Shown here piece after piece: positions 45,994-53,912 of a DNA stretch of 64,000 nt (its first letter is position 1; each line of letters starts with the position of its first letter). The stretch spans positions 1 through 64,000 of IMG/VR virus record IMGVR_UViG_3300048838_001248. One strand, given 5' to 3'. This DNA comes from a virus (taxonomy: Duplodnaviria; Heunggongvirae; Uroviricota; Caudoviricetes). The notes beneath the pieces were generated by a model. It did not search any database, had not been told where the DNA came from, and saw nothing but the letters and a program-made list of their open reading frames with translations. The position numbers and the translations under genes are program-made.

Positions 45994-46305
45994 TTAATAT
46001 CTTTTAATTAAACTTCTTAATCCTGAACCGCTAATTGGAACTTTGAAACGCTGTTTGTCGGTTTCTGCTACAACTATTTGTATCCACCAATCTGTGTCCT
46101 CAACAACACCTGTAACGAAGTCAAAGAGTGCTTTCTCCAACTCTTTTTTGGTTGCATTCAATGCACGGGCATAAACACAATACTTATATCCGTGTCCTTC
46201 GTCATTTGACTGCCAGTCAAAGAATAGTGCATTCACGTTATTGTCTGACGGGTGACCAGTGTATTTGTGATAACTGGTTCTCTCTATGAAATCTTTTTTT
46301 GTCAT
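45994..46305 (-). CDS. hypothetical protein
   Basis: 103-aa ORF. Confidence 0.5.
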   Translation of the reverse strand: MTKKDFIERTSYHKYTGHPSDNNVNALFFDWQSNDEGHGYKYCVYARALNATKKELEKALFDFVTGVVEDTDWWIQIVVAETDKQRFKVPISGSGLRSLIKRY

Positions 46306-46328
46306 TGCTTTGCGTATTGGTTATAGTT

Positions 46329-46359
46329 CTTATACGTATTTTAATTAAAATGGTTACAT
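46329..46359 (-). promoter_or_regulatory. phage promoter (minus)
   Basis: CTTATACG-N16-GTTACAT. Confidence 0.55.
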
Positions 46360-46425
46360 CCATATGCATGAAAAAACCCGCACCATATCGATGCGGGTAT
46401 TCGAACCAAAACAATGAACGCAAAA

Positions 46426-46773
46426 CTATTTTTTTCCAAAGGAATGACCTGAATCAACAGCACTTTTAAATGTTTCGTCTTCCCGGTACAATACCAATTT
46501 CCTATGTCTTACTTCAACCAAATCATCATTAAGCCGGGTAAAGAAACCAAAGTAACTGCCGTCTGTAAGTATGTCGGTTTTGTTTTTCTTCATGAGTTGA
46601 ACAATCTCTTTCTCCTGCTCCTTGGACATTGGCATACCACTATTGTGGTCAATATGTAATTCTTCGAAGGGAATAACATTAGGGTTGTTTTTCTGCCGGG
46701 TTCTCCACTTAATGGCAAACTTGCCAAAGGGTTCAAGTTTGAATGTTTTCGATTTTGTTAGCGTGATTTCCAT
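46426..46773 (-). CDS. hypothetical protein
   Basis: 115-aa ORF. Confidence 0.5.
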   Translation of the reverse strand: MEITLTKSKTFKLEPFGKFAIKWRTRQKNNPNVIPFEELHIDHNSGMPMSKEQEKEIVQLMKKNKTDILTDGSYFGFFTRLNDDLVEVRHRKLVLYREDETFKSAVDSGHSFGKK

Positions 46774-46800
46774 TGGTTTGTGTTATTGGTTTGTACATTA

Positions 46801-46839
46801 GTTATACGTAATGAACCCGGAAATGTTACAATCCGGGTT
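46801..46839 (-). promoter_or_regulatory. fused terminator-promoter cassette
   Basis: Hairpin AACCCGGAAATGTTACAATCCGGGTT contains the -35. Confidence 0.55.
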
Positions 46840-46846
46840 CAATTTT

Positions 46847-47083
46847 TCATACTCCTGTGAGCCTTACCACAATATTGGGTTCAACCTCAAATTCATCATT
46901 AAATGGGTCGGGAATCCAACACTCATCACCTTCTTCCGGCAACACCTGTTCAATAAAACTACTGTCAAGTGCGAACATTCCACCGTTGTCATGTTTGAAT
47001 ACGGACAATGATACTTCACCTTTGGAATCCGGGTCAATAACTGTTATCTCCCGGACGAACTTTGCTGTTTTCATGACTGACAT
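46847..47083 (-). CDS. hypothetical protein
   Basis: 78-aa ORF. Confidence 0.45.
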   Translation of the reverse strand: MSVMKTAKFVREITVIDPDSKGEVSLSVFKHDNGGMFALDSSFIEQVLPEEGDECWIPDPFNDEFEVEPNIVVRLTGV

Positions 47084-47619
47084 CTTTTTTCGGTTTTCAA
47101 CATATCGGCTTCATACTCTTCAACGATTTCCAGAATTTCATCAATGATTTCATCTGGCAGTTCCTCATAGGAATAGTTGTTGTAACTCAATGTGATTTCA
47201 TCCTGATACACAACGGTTTCAACACTATCTGCATAGAACTGTTCAACTAATTCGCTGACGTTATTCTTACCACTACCAATGGAATTCAGGCAAGGTGAGT
47301 GGTCACGTTCACGTTCACAAACACTGGTTGAACCCCATTCGGTAATGATTGCTTTGATTTTGCCAATCTTAATTGCCTTACTGTGGTAATGAACACCATC
47401 CATGTTAGTACCTGTCAGGTCTTCTTTGGTTTCAATGTCAATCAGGAACGACCAATGCAATAGGTCAATGTCGCTATTGTTCTGCGCCTGAAAATAATCT
47501 GTCAGGGCAAACAATTGGGTTTCAGGACAATTGAGAATTTCCTCAACTGTGCTTCTTTGGTCAATGCCATTTCCGGTTTCGGTTGGCACGACTGCAACTC
47601 TTAGATTTTTTACATTCAT
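47071..47619 (-). CDS. hypothetical acidic protein
   Basis: 182-aa ORF. Confidence 0.5.
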   Translation of the reverse strand: MNVKNLRVAVVPTETGNGIDQRSTVEEILNCPETQLFALTDYFQAQNNSDIDLLHWSFLIDIETKEDLTGTNMDGVHYHSKAIKIGKIKAIITEWGSTSVCERERDHSPCLNSIGSGKNNVSELVEQFYADSVETVVYQDEITLSYNNYSYEELPDEIIDEILEIVEEYEADMLKTEKRCQS

Positions 47620-47643
47620 TTTAATTAAAGTTTTGGTTCTCTT

Positions 47644-47674
47644 ATTATACGTAAATCAGGACATTATGTTACAA
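47644..47674 (-). promoter_or_regulatory. phage promoter (minus)
   Basis: ATTATACG-N16-GTTACAA; terminator hairpin just upstream at 47679-47700. Confidence 0.55.
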
Positions 47675-47719
47675 AAAAAAGGGGTGAACATTCACCCCTT
47701 TTATATCTCAGTACATTGG

Positions 47720-48610
47720 TTATGCATTGGCAAGCAAGTACTCAAATACTTTGCTGTCGGTTTCCATTCGGGTTTCCGGTGCAGCTATGGTTCTGTCGCT
47801 GAACATATATTGGTTTATTCCGTTATATATCAGCCAGTCATTTACCTTACCGTTGTAACCAAGTGATGCGTTCTGTGCTTCGGTCATTATCCGGTTGGTT
47901 ATGTCATTCAGGGTGTTGAACTTTGAAGTGTCAACCATTGCTATCTTTGTAGCTTTCAGTACCTCAGTAAGCCTGTCCTGAACATTCTCAACCCATCTGC
48001 CACCAAGCATTTCGTACTTTGCAGTCAGAGCGTTGGTTATCTCTTTTGCGTTCTCGCCAAAGTTCTGCAACATTGTGTCAAGTTCGTCAAAGCTATGCAG
48101 AATTTGTTCTGTGTGCTTACCAACAATTGCAAGATTGAATTCCTTCATTTCTTCAACTGCGATAACAAGACCATTGGAGCAAACCAAACGGAAGTAACCA
48201 AACACAATCCGGTATTTGGTAAGACCGTTGTAACTGTGCTGAACTCTGAGCATTGGCTGAATAACGTCATTACTACCTTTCATTTTGTAGCCATAACGCT
48301 TGTCATCAATAGCATAGTCAGCATAAAACCTGACGTTGTTGATATGCTTGTACTCAGGGGTGAAATTAATCCTGTGTGCATTCAACACGTTTTCAATCTG
48401 CGGGAAAATGTTAGCATTCGGTACAAGTGCGTACCTGTCAGAGCAGTAGTTCAAATCCATTTCCTGACCACCAATGACACCTGTTACAACCTTGCAATAC
48501 TCAGGGTTGGTGTTTCTTGGGTTGTCAATCAATTCGACCGGGAAAAGCAAGTCATTCAGACTGCAAATCTTGGTTTCGGCTTTTTGTTTTTTTTCAGTTG
48601 CTGTTTCCAT
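47720..48610 (-). CDS. DUF932-like phage/plasmid protein
   Basis: HSYNGLTKYRIVFGYFRLVCSNGLV resembles the DUF932 signature. Confidence 0.45.
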   Translation of the reverse strand: METATEKKQKAETKICSLNDLLFPVELIDNPRNTNPEYCKVVTGVIGGQEMDLNYCSDRYALVPNANIFPQIENVLNAHRINFTPEYKHINNVRFYADYAIDDKRYGYKMKGSNDVIQPMLRVQHSYNGLTKYRIVFGYFRLVCSNGLVIAVEEMKEFNLAIVGKHTEQILHSFDELDTMLQNFGENAKEITNALTAKYEMLGGRWVENVQDRLTEVLKATKIAMVDTSKFNTLNDITNRIMTEAQNASLGYNGKVNDWLIYNGINQYMFSDRTIAAPETRMETDSKVFEYLLANA

Positions 48611-48635
48611 TTTATTTTATGTTTTGGTTATACTG

Positions 48636-48666
48636 ATTATACGGACTTTAATTAAAAAGGTTACAC
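48636..48666 (-). promoter_or_regulatory. phage promoter (minus)
   Basis: ATTATACG-N16-GTTACAC. Confidence 0.55.
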
Positions 48667-48708
48667 GAATATACAATTATTTTTAATTAAAAGCGAAAAT
48701 TGTTTCTT

Positions 48709-48796
48709 TATTTAGACTAAATCTAAACTCAGGATATAAGGTAGGTTGGAGTCTACCCTCTGCGCACCTTCGGAGTGCGAACCTCCTTTCTTTACT
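48709..48796 (-). ncRNA. candidate small RNA, family copy 3
   Basis: TATTTAGACTAAATCTAAACTCAGGATATAAGGTAGGTTGGAGTC core plus UUCG-type hairpin; own promoter 48798-48828. Confidence 0.4.
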
Positions 48797-48797
48797 T

Positions 48798-48828
48798 ATT
48801 ATACGGTTTTTAATTAAAAAGGTTACAA
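48798..48828 (-). promoter_or_regulatory. phage promoter of sRNA copy 3
   Basis: ATTATACG-N16-GTTACAA. Confidence 0.55.
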
Positions 48829-48848
48829 GAAAATCAAAGTATTTTAAA

Positions 48849-48887
48849 TAAAAAAACCCCTGCCGTTCTGGTTAAACGGTTCAGGGG
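48849..48887 (-). terminator. intrinsic terminator (repeat copy B)
   Basis: Near-identical hairpin with T7 on minus. Confidence 0.55.
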
Positions 48888-48927
48888 CATTACCAACAAA
48901 GATATGAAACAACGCAACAACTATATT

Positions 48928-49275
48928 TTATTCACCATCGGTTTCAACTGTTTCTCCGGTTTCCTTGCAGAATGAAGACAAAAGAAATTCTTCACACTCA
49001 AAATCACCGTCTTCAACCTTCTGCCAGAATTCCTGTGCATTCTCCAGACTTCCGTTTGAACCTGCTTTAATGTCATTCCGGCTTGGCACGGTATTGCCGT
49101 AGTAATCTCTTTTCCTGTCTTCCGGCAACACACATACACCTATTCTCAGACAATCTGCAGCGAATCTTCCAACACTGCCTTCCATTAGCCAACACTGACC
49201 ATTGTTTATCATTTCCTGTGTCTGTGTCACTCCGTATGACTTCTGCATTTCGATTATATTCTCAAGTGTTATCAT
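48928..49275 (-). CDS. hypothetical protein
   Basis: 115-aa ORF. Confidence 0.5.
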   Translation of the reverse strand: MITLENIIEMQKSYGVTQTQEMINNGQCWLMEGSVGRFAADCLRIGVCVLPEDRKRDYYGNTVPSRNDIKAGSNGSLENAQEFWQKVEDGDFECEEFLLSSFCKETGETVETDGE

Positions 49276-49299
49276 TGCTTTGCGTTTTTGGTTATAGTT

Positions 49300-49330
49300 A
49301 TTATACGGATATCAGGGTAAAATGTTACAT
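49300..49330 (-). promoter_or_regulatory. phage promoter (minus)
   Basis: ATTATACG-N16-GTTACAT. Confidence 0.55.
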
Positions 49331-49650
49331 TAACACTCAGAATAAACTTCATCCATTACCTGCTTACAAATTGCTTTAATCTGGTCGTCCGGCATCCTGT
49401 TCCAACGGTTATAAAATTCGTTCTGCATTGCAAGTCTGGCATGAATACCACAAGTCCACGATACAAACATTTCAACACCCTTAACCCATTGTTTGAGTTC
49501 TGCAATAGTCCAACCCAGACCATTGCGCTGTTTCCGTTCTTCTTCTGTGCAAGCACTTGCAGCGAATTCAACTATGTTACCCATAAACTTTTGCAGATAA
49601 GGTTCAATGAATTCTGATGGTATTTCTGGTAAATCTGCTGTTGTTTTCAT
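49330..49650 (-). CDS. hypothetical protein
   Basis: 106-aa ORF. Confidence 0.5.
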   Translation of the reverse strand: MKTTADLPEIPSEFIEPYLQKFMGNIVEFAASACTEEERKQRNGLGWTIAELKQWVKGVEMFVSWTCGIHARLAMQNEFYNRWNRMPDDQIKAICKQVMDEVYSEC

Positions 49651-49792
49651 TTCTTCGGGTGTTTTGGTTTACGAATATATTGTTTCTTTGACTTGTGAAT
49701 CTTATGCTTGGCTTTCCAACCCATTTCGCTTTCAAGTTCAGCCTCTCTGCTGCCCTTCCGGTTTGCTTTTATGTAGTCATCGGTTTTCATGC
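49647..49792 (-). CDS. small basic protein (47 aa)
   Basis: MKTDDYIKANRKG...; ATGA overlap with upstream. Confidence 0.35.
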
Positions 49793-49924
49793 CTTGCTTT
49801 TTTTCTTCCTCGCCTGTTGTCTTAATTGAATGTTCATCCAATTGCGTTCTGCAAATGTTGTGGTCTGTCCTGTTGCAACCCTGTTGCGAATATCTTTCAG
49901 CGATTCATAACATTTTTTGTCCAT
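49787..49924 (-). CDS. small basic protein (45 aa)
   Basis: MDKKCYESLKDIRNR...; ATG after promoter 49950-49980. Confidence 0.35.
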   Translation of the reverse strand: MDKKCYESLKDIRNRVATGQTTTFAERNWMNIQLRQQARKKKSKA

Positions 49925-49949
49925 TGCTTTATCTGTATTGGTTATAACT

Positions 49950-49980
49950 CTTATACGGTTTTTAATTAAAAAGGTTACAT
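49950..49980 (-). promoter_or_regulatory. phage promoter (minus)
   Basis: CTTATACG-N16-GTTACAT. Confidence 0.55.
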
Positions 49981-50232
49981 CCAACCCTGTTTAATTATAA
50001 CAGGTTTGCGTTCAGCGTTATATTGCCAATATTCAAACCATTCACCCCATTCGCCACGTCTGGAACGTGAAACCCTGACTTCCGTGTTCATGTAGTCATA
50101 CAACCTTCTTTCCTGAATATCCCTATCAAGCAAGAGTTTCATGTTTTTCTTTACTTCCCGGTAGGTTGAAAATCTGGTTGTTTTACCGTTGATTGTCACC
50201 TGTGGTTTCCATTGTGTAATTGTGTTTGCCAT
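49975..50232 (-). CDS. hypothetical protein
   Basis: 85-aa ORF. Confidence 0.45.
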   Translation of the reverse strand: MANTITQWKPQVTINGKTTRFSTYREVKKNMKLLLDRDIQERRLYDYMNTEVRVSRSRRGEWGEWFEYWQYNAERKPVIIKQGWM

Positions 50233-50235
50233 TGC

Positions 50236-50340
50236 TTAACGAATTATCAGTATTAATACTATCCAGAATGATATGGAAAATCCTACTGCTATGTGCCATA
50301 CTACTGGTCTGAAATAAGGTGAATCCATAATTTTTTTCAT
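50236..50340 (-). CDS. small membrane peptide (34 aa)
   Basis: MKKIMDSPYFRPVVWHIAVGFSISFWIVLILIIR after promoter 50364-50394. Confidence 0.25.
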   Translation of the reverse strand: MKKIMDSPYFRPVVWHIAVGFSISFWIVLILIIR

Positions 50341-50363
50341 TGTCGTGTGTTTTGGTACATTCT

Positions 50364-50403
50364 ATTATACGAAAACTGCCCCAGATTGTTACAGTCTGGA
50401 GCA
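50364..50403 (-). promoter_or_regulatory. phage promoter with overlapping hairpin
   Basis: ATTATACG-N16-GTTACAG; imperfect hairpin CTGCCCCAGAT..GTCTGGAGCAG around the -35. Confidence 0.5.
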
Positions 50404-50428
50404 GTTCTTTTTAATTAAAAACGCAAAA

Positions 50429-50764
50429 TTAAACGTGACCGCCTGACTTAATTTTGTCAATGACTTCCTGCAGACTTATGGACATTGGCTTAAAGTGCAT
50501 ATCTCTCTCAATGCCTAATCCAAACCTGCCCCTGAATGCCTGTAACTCGGACATTGAAACCGTGCCACATTCTGCACAATCTCTGTCGCCAAGGTTCACA
50601 AATGCCCAATAAATATCCTCGTCTTCCTTCTCGTACAAATACCATGTACCTGCACCTGCCGGATTAAAGAGTTTCATTACAATCTTAATATCTTTAGGGT
50701 CTTTGTCACCTGTGTAACCCTGTTTAGCAAAAGCTGCTTCGATTTCTTTGGTTATGAGTTTCAT
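50429..50764 (-). CDS. hypothetical protein
   Basis: Start at MKLITKE after promoter 50789-50819. Confidence 0.45.
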   Translation of the reverse strand: MKLITKEIEAAFAKQGYTGDKDPKDIKIVMKLFNPAGAGTWYLYEKEDEDIYWAFVNLGDRDCAECGTVSMSELQAFRGRFGLGIERDMHFKPMSISLQEVIDKIKSGGHV

Positions 50765-50788
50765 ATCTTTAATGTGTTGGTTATACTT

Positions 50789-50819
50789 ATTATACGTTTT
50801 AAATAAAAAAAGGTTACAG
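50789..50819 (-). promoter_or_regulatory. phage promoter (minus)
   Basis: ATTATACG-N16-GTTACAG. Confidence 0.55.
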
Positions 50820-50855
50820 AAACCTGCAACCCTTTTAATTAAAAACGCAATGTTA

Positions 50856-51230
50856 TTATTCGACAACTTTGAAACTCCAAAACATATCTTCTCCCATGCC
50901 CTGACGGATTGTTGCATACCTGTTCTGACCGCCTGTAAAGTCTTTGTAATTCTTTGCAGTCCGGTACAATAATTTACCCATGCAAGACTGGTTCAGACAA
51001 TACTCCATGCCTCTGACATCGGACAATGAGAAATACCATGCCTGACCATTGATAGTACAGAAACCCGATACGTAAAAGTGTCCACGATTGAACACTATAT
51101 CAGTTGCACCCTGAGACTTCAGTTCCTTTGTAAACTCAGATTTGAAAGTTCTGTAAAACTGTGCAAACTCAGGTGTTAATCCTGATGAACTTTCGAAACC
51201 TGCCTGTAACATTTGAATTGCTTTTTTCAT
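50856..51230 (-). CDS. hypothetical protein
   Basis: 124-aa ORF. Confidence 0.5.
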   Translation of the reverse strand: MKKAIQMLQAGFESSSGLTPEFAQFYRTFKSEFTKELKSQGATDIVFNRGHFYVSGFCTINGQAWYFSLSDVRGMEYCLNQSCMGKLLYRTAKNYKDFTGGQNRYATIRQGMGEDMFWSFKVVE

Positions 51231-51256
51231 TGCTTTGTTGTGTTGGTTTGTACATT

Positions 51257-51287
51257 ATTATACGTAGGTTTTAAATAAAAGTTACAT
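51257..51287 (-). promoter_or_regulatory. phage promoter (minus)
   Basis: ATTATACG-N16-GTTACAT. Confidence 0.55.
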
Positions 51288-51746
51288 ATTATTAACTGAT
51301 TTTAGATAGTCCTCATAATATTTACAATTGTCGTAAACAATTATACTGTCCTGTGAATAATTACTAACAGGTGGTTGACTGTACAATACAAACTTACTGG
51401 CATCAATTGACTTACCAATATGGTATTTTATGTACATTGGATTGTGTTTAAGGCAATTTCTTATTGCTTGCTTGTTATCCCTGCCAATGAAATACATATT
51501 CTTAGGCTGAAAAGCATACCACGAATAAACATTAACACTTCTGCTCATGCCATACTTTTTACTCATTGGTACATTACCTGCAAGTACTTCCAGATAACCG
51601 TACAAATTGTTTCGCCTTACTCCCAGAATGACAAATACATTGCTGTTATGCCAATTGAATAACTTGCCAATCAATATCTTTTTGATTGTCTTGTTTACTG
51701 GTATGTGTCCATAATATCCGAACATTGCGTTTTGGTTTTGGTACAT
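51282..51746 (-). CDS. hypothetical protein
   Basis: Start probably the internal MFGYY ATG at 51725, since the first ATG is only 3 nt from the -10. Confidence 0.5.
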   Translation of the reverse strand: MYQNQNAMFGYYGHIPVNKTIKKILIGKLFNWHNSNVFVILGVRRNNLYGYLEVLAGNVPMSKKYGMSRSVNVYSWYAFQPKNMYFIGRDNKQAIRNCLKHNPMYIKYHIGKSIDASKFVLYSQPPVSNYSQDSIIVYDNCKYYEDYLKSVNNM

Positions 51747-51749
51747 TAT

Positions 51750-51780
51750 ATTATACGGTTTTTATTTAAAAATGTTACAT
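51750..51780 (-). promoter_or_regulatory. phage promoter (minus)
   Basis: ATTATACG-N16-GTTACAT. Confidence 0.55.
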
Positions 51781-51838
51781 TCCGGCAAATAAAAACGGAG
51801 TACATTGCTGCACTCCGTTTCATTGGACATTGACCGAA

Positions 51839-52099
51839 TTACTTTATTCCTGCCAGCTTTTTGAGTTCTGCCTTAATCCGTTTGGCTGTTTCGCCCTTCC
51901 ATGTTCCGGCATTGGCAAGGAAGTACAATACAATTGACTTGCCGGAGTCCATTCCGTAATTGTCATTGATTGAGTTCAGGCACTCCATTGCATCAAGATA
52001 AGGTTTTGCACCAAAATAGATACCGTTCTTACTTGTTGCTTTCCAGTCCTTGCGAATTTCACTTGCAATCTGGTACAAAGGTCTTGTCGTTGTTGTCAT
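51839..52099 (-). CDS. hypothetical protein
   Basis: 86-aa ORF. Confidence 0.45.
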   Translation of the reverse strand: MTTTTRPLYQIASEIRKDWKATSKNGIYFGAKPYLDAMECLNSINDNYGMDSGKSIVLYFLANAGTWKGETAKRIKAELKKLAGIK

Positions 52100-52123
52100 A
52101 ATTTTTGCGTTTTGGTTATACTT

Positions 52124-52154
52124 ATTATACGTTGGTTTTAATTAAAAGTTACAT
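52124..52154 (-). promoter_or_regulatory. phage promoter (minus)
   Basis: ATTATACG-N16-GTTACAT. Confidence 0.55.
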
Positions 52155-52367
52155 TCTGGACAAACTATTTTCCATATCTGCAATTAATTTTTTCTGTATC
52201 TTAATTGCCCTGTACAATCCAAACGAAAAACCTATTGCCTTGCGCATACCCTGAAGTTTTTCAAGTGCATTTTTAGCATTCTGTAACTCACTTGTCGTTG
52301 TGCTTGCACAATAACAGACTGTTGATAAAATTACGTTTGCGTTCATTGCTTTGTCGTTTTGGTACAT
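52149..52367 (-). CDS. hypothetical protein
   Basis: Start probably the internal MNANVIL ATG at about 52346. Confidence 0.45.
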   Translation of the reverse strand: MYQNDKAMNANVILSTVCYCASTTTSELQNAKNALEKLQGMRKAIGFSFGLYRAIKIQKKLIADMENSLSRM

Positions 52368-52370
52368 TAT

Positions 52371-52401
52371 ATTATACGGAATTTAAAGTAATTTGTTACG
52401 T
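52371..52401 (-). promoter_or_regulatory. phage promoter (minus), -35 variant
   Basis: ATTATACG-N16-GTTACGT. Confidence 0.45.
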
Positions 52402-52469
52402 TCTGAACATTGTATCTGAACATTGTAACAATAAAACGGAGTACATTTCTGCACTCCGTTTCTATTGCC

Positions 52470-53024
52470 TTATGCGTTCACTAACTGTGCCTGTAACATT
52501 GTTCTGCACCTGTTTATCATTCCTTTGACAGTTCCAAGCGGTACATTGCAAATCTCTGCAATTTCGCTATATTCTTTTTCATGCATAAAATACAGGTTTG
52601 CAATACGTCTGTATTTAGGTTTCAGACTTGCAAATGCTTTCAAAATTGCTTCCCTTAGTTCTCTGTTGTTTGAAACATCATTGCCGTCAGTACCAACAAA
52701 TTCAAACATTTCTTTTCCGGTTTCATCAACAAAATCAGAAACATGAACATCTGTTGCATGGTATTTGTTTGCCCTGAAAAAATCAATAACTGCATTGTTA
52801 GCAATAAAATGTAACCATGTAGTCATTTTTGATACACTTTCATTATACTTGTCAAAGTGTTTGTATGCGTTAACAAATACCTTTGCTGTTATATCCTCTG
52901 CATCATTGATATTGTTAACTTTCGTATTTACATAGTGCAAAATTTGATTGTAAAACTTTGCGTAAACCTGATTAAAATTCATTGTTTCAGTCGTTTTCAT
53001 ATCTTTGCGTTTTAAGTTAAACAT
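52470..53024 (-). CDS. ECF-type sigma-70 family RNA polymerase sigma factor
   Basis: Region 2 DAEDITAKVFVNAYKHFDKY..TWLHFIANNAVIDFFR; region 4 YRRIANLYFMHEKEYSEIAEICNVPLGTVKGMINRCR. Track start is GTG at 53033; ATG at 53024 is more likely. Confidence 0.75.
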   Translation of the reverse strand: MFNLKRKDMKTTETMNFNQVYAKFYNQILHYVNTKVNNINDAEDITAKVFVNAYKHFDKYNESVSKMTTWLHFIANNAVIDFFRANKYHATDVHVSDFVDETGKEMFEFVGTDGNDVSNNRELREAILKAFASLKPKYRRIANLYFMHEKEYSEIAEICNVPLGTVKGMINRCRTMLQAQLVNA

Positions 53025-53037
53025 ATAATTCACGTAT

Positions 53038-53063
53038 CAAATGTACTATATTTAACGTTACAA
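53038..53063 (-). promoter_or_regulatory. promoter region of sigma factor gene (host-type -7 box overlapping a degenerate phage-type motif)
   Basis: Minus strand TTTGTTTGTAACG..TACATTTG-ATAC-GTG: TAcaTTTG -7 box plus upstream TTTG; the phage-like -10 is degenerate (TACGTGAATTAT). Confidence 0.4.
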
Positions 53064-53236
53064 ACAAACAAAAGTTTCATTATTTTGTATCAAAGTTACA
53101 AAGTTACCCTAATTTATATTCATTCTAAATAAGCCAATACTATACCATATATATAGGAATTATTTTTATTCATAACTTGCTGATAATCAGAACAGAATAA
53201 AATAAATGCAATTTTAATTAAAAATAGTGTACCCAA

Positions 53237-53267
53237 AATGTAACCAAAACAATTTTTTACCGTATCA
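53237..53267 (+). promoter_or_regulatory. weak phage-type promoter
   Basis: ATGTAAC-N16-CGTATCAC upstream of gene 53297. Confidence 0.3.
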
Positions 53268-53296
53268 CTATATATAAACCAATAAATTTTAAAAAC

Positions 53297-53866
53297 ATGG
53301 AAAACGCAAAAAAATTCTTCGGTCAGTTTGAAAACCTCAAAGGTGCTTCATTCATTGCAATTAACAAGTATTTTGCCAAAACTACGGGTGAAGTTGCTAA
53401 CCACGTTGTTAACGTCAATATTAGTGTGCAGAATGCAAAAGAAACCGATTTTAACAGGTTGAAAAATTGCAATGATAATGACGTTCAGGCAATTAGTAAG
53501 GCTTCCGGTATTGATGCTGAAACCGTTAAACTTGCACTTTCTGAAATGCTTGTAAGTGCAGAAAAAAACCTATCTGCAAACATTGAGGACAGGACAAACC
53601 AAAGCAAAGGACAGACAGATGCATATATCAATTTGACCCCTGCAATACGTCTGCATAAGGAAACCCTTGAAATTCACGTATTTGGGCAGTCAATTTCAAA
53701 GGTTGTTTTGGTCAAAGGTGAATACAAAACCGTTAACAGTTCAGCCAAAACCCTTGCAAAACAGGCAATTACCAAACACCTTGATTTGAGAGCCGGAAAA
53801 TTCAGGGACTTCATTTGTGGCAGAATTGATACCGTAAAAGTGAACGGTGAAACCATTGAGTTGTAA
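53297..53866 (+). CDS. hypothetical protein
   Basis: 189-aa ORF followed by terminator. Confidence 0.5.
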   Translation: MENAKKFFGQFENLKGASFIAINKYFAKTTGEVANHVVNVNISVQNAKETDFNRLKNCNDNDVQAISKASGIDAETVKLALSEMLVSAEKNLSANIEDRTNQSKGQTDAYINLTPAIRLHKETLEIHVFGQSISKVVLVKGEYKTVNSSAKTLAKQAITKHLDLRAGKFRDFICGRIDTVKVNGETIEL

Positions 53867-53884
53867 TTCAGAATCAGTCTAAAT

Positions 53885-53912
53885 AAGGGAGTAAAACTGC
53901 TCCCTTATTTTT
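53885..53912 (+). terminator. intrinsic terminator
   Basis: AAGGGAGTAAAACTGCTCCCTT then T-rich tail. Confidence 0.55.

Noticed and set aside
51744-52367. MYQN... N-terminal extensions of ORFs 51282..51746 and 52149..52367
   Set aside because: The first ATG lies inside the promoter's conserved TTTTGGTACATTATATTATACG block, only about 3 nt from the -10. An internal ATG (MFGYY / MNANVIL) is the likelier start. I kept the track coordinates but flagged this.
29594-53222. Repeated TTTTAATTAAAA copies considered as a possible CRISPR-like or iteron array
   Set aside because: The copies are palindromic, irregularly spaced and embedded in promoters and gene junctions. There is no repeat-spacer periodicity. 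No CRISPR array is present in the window.
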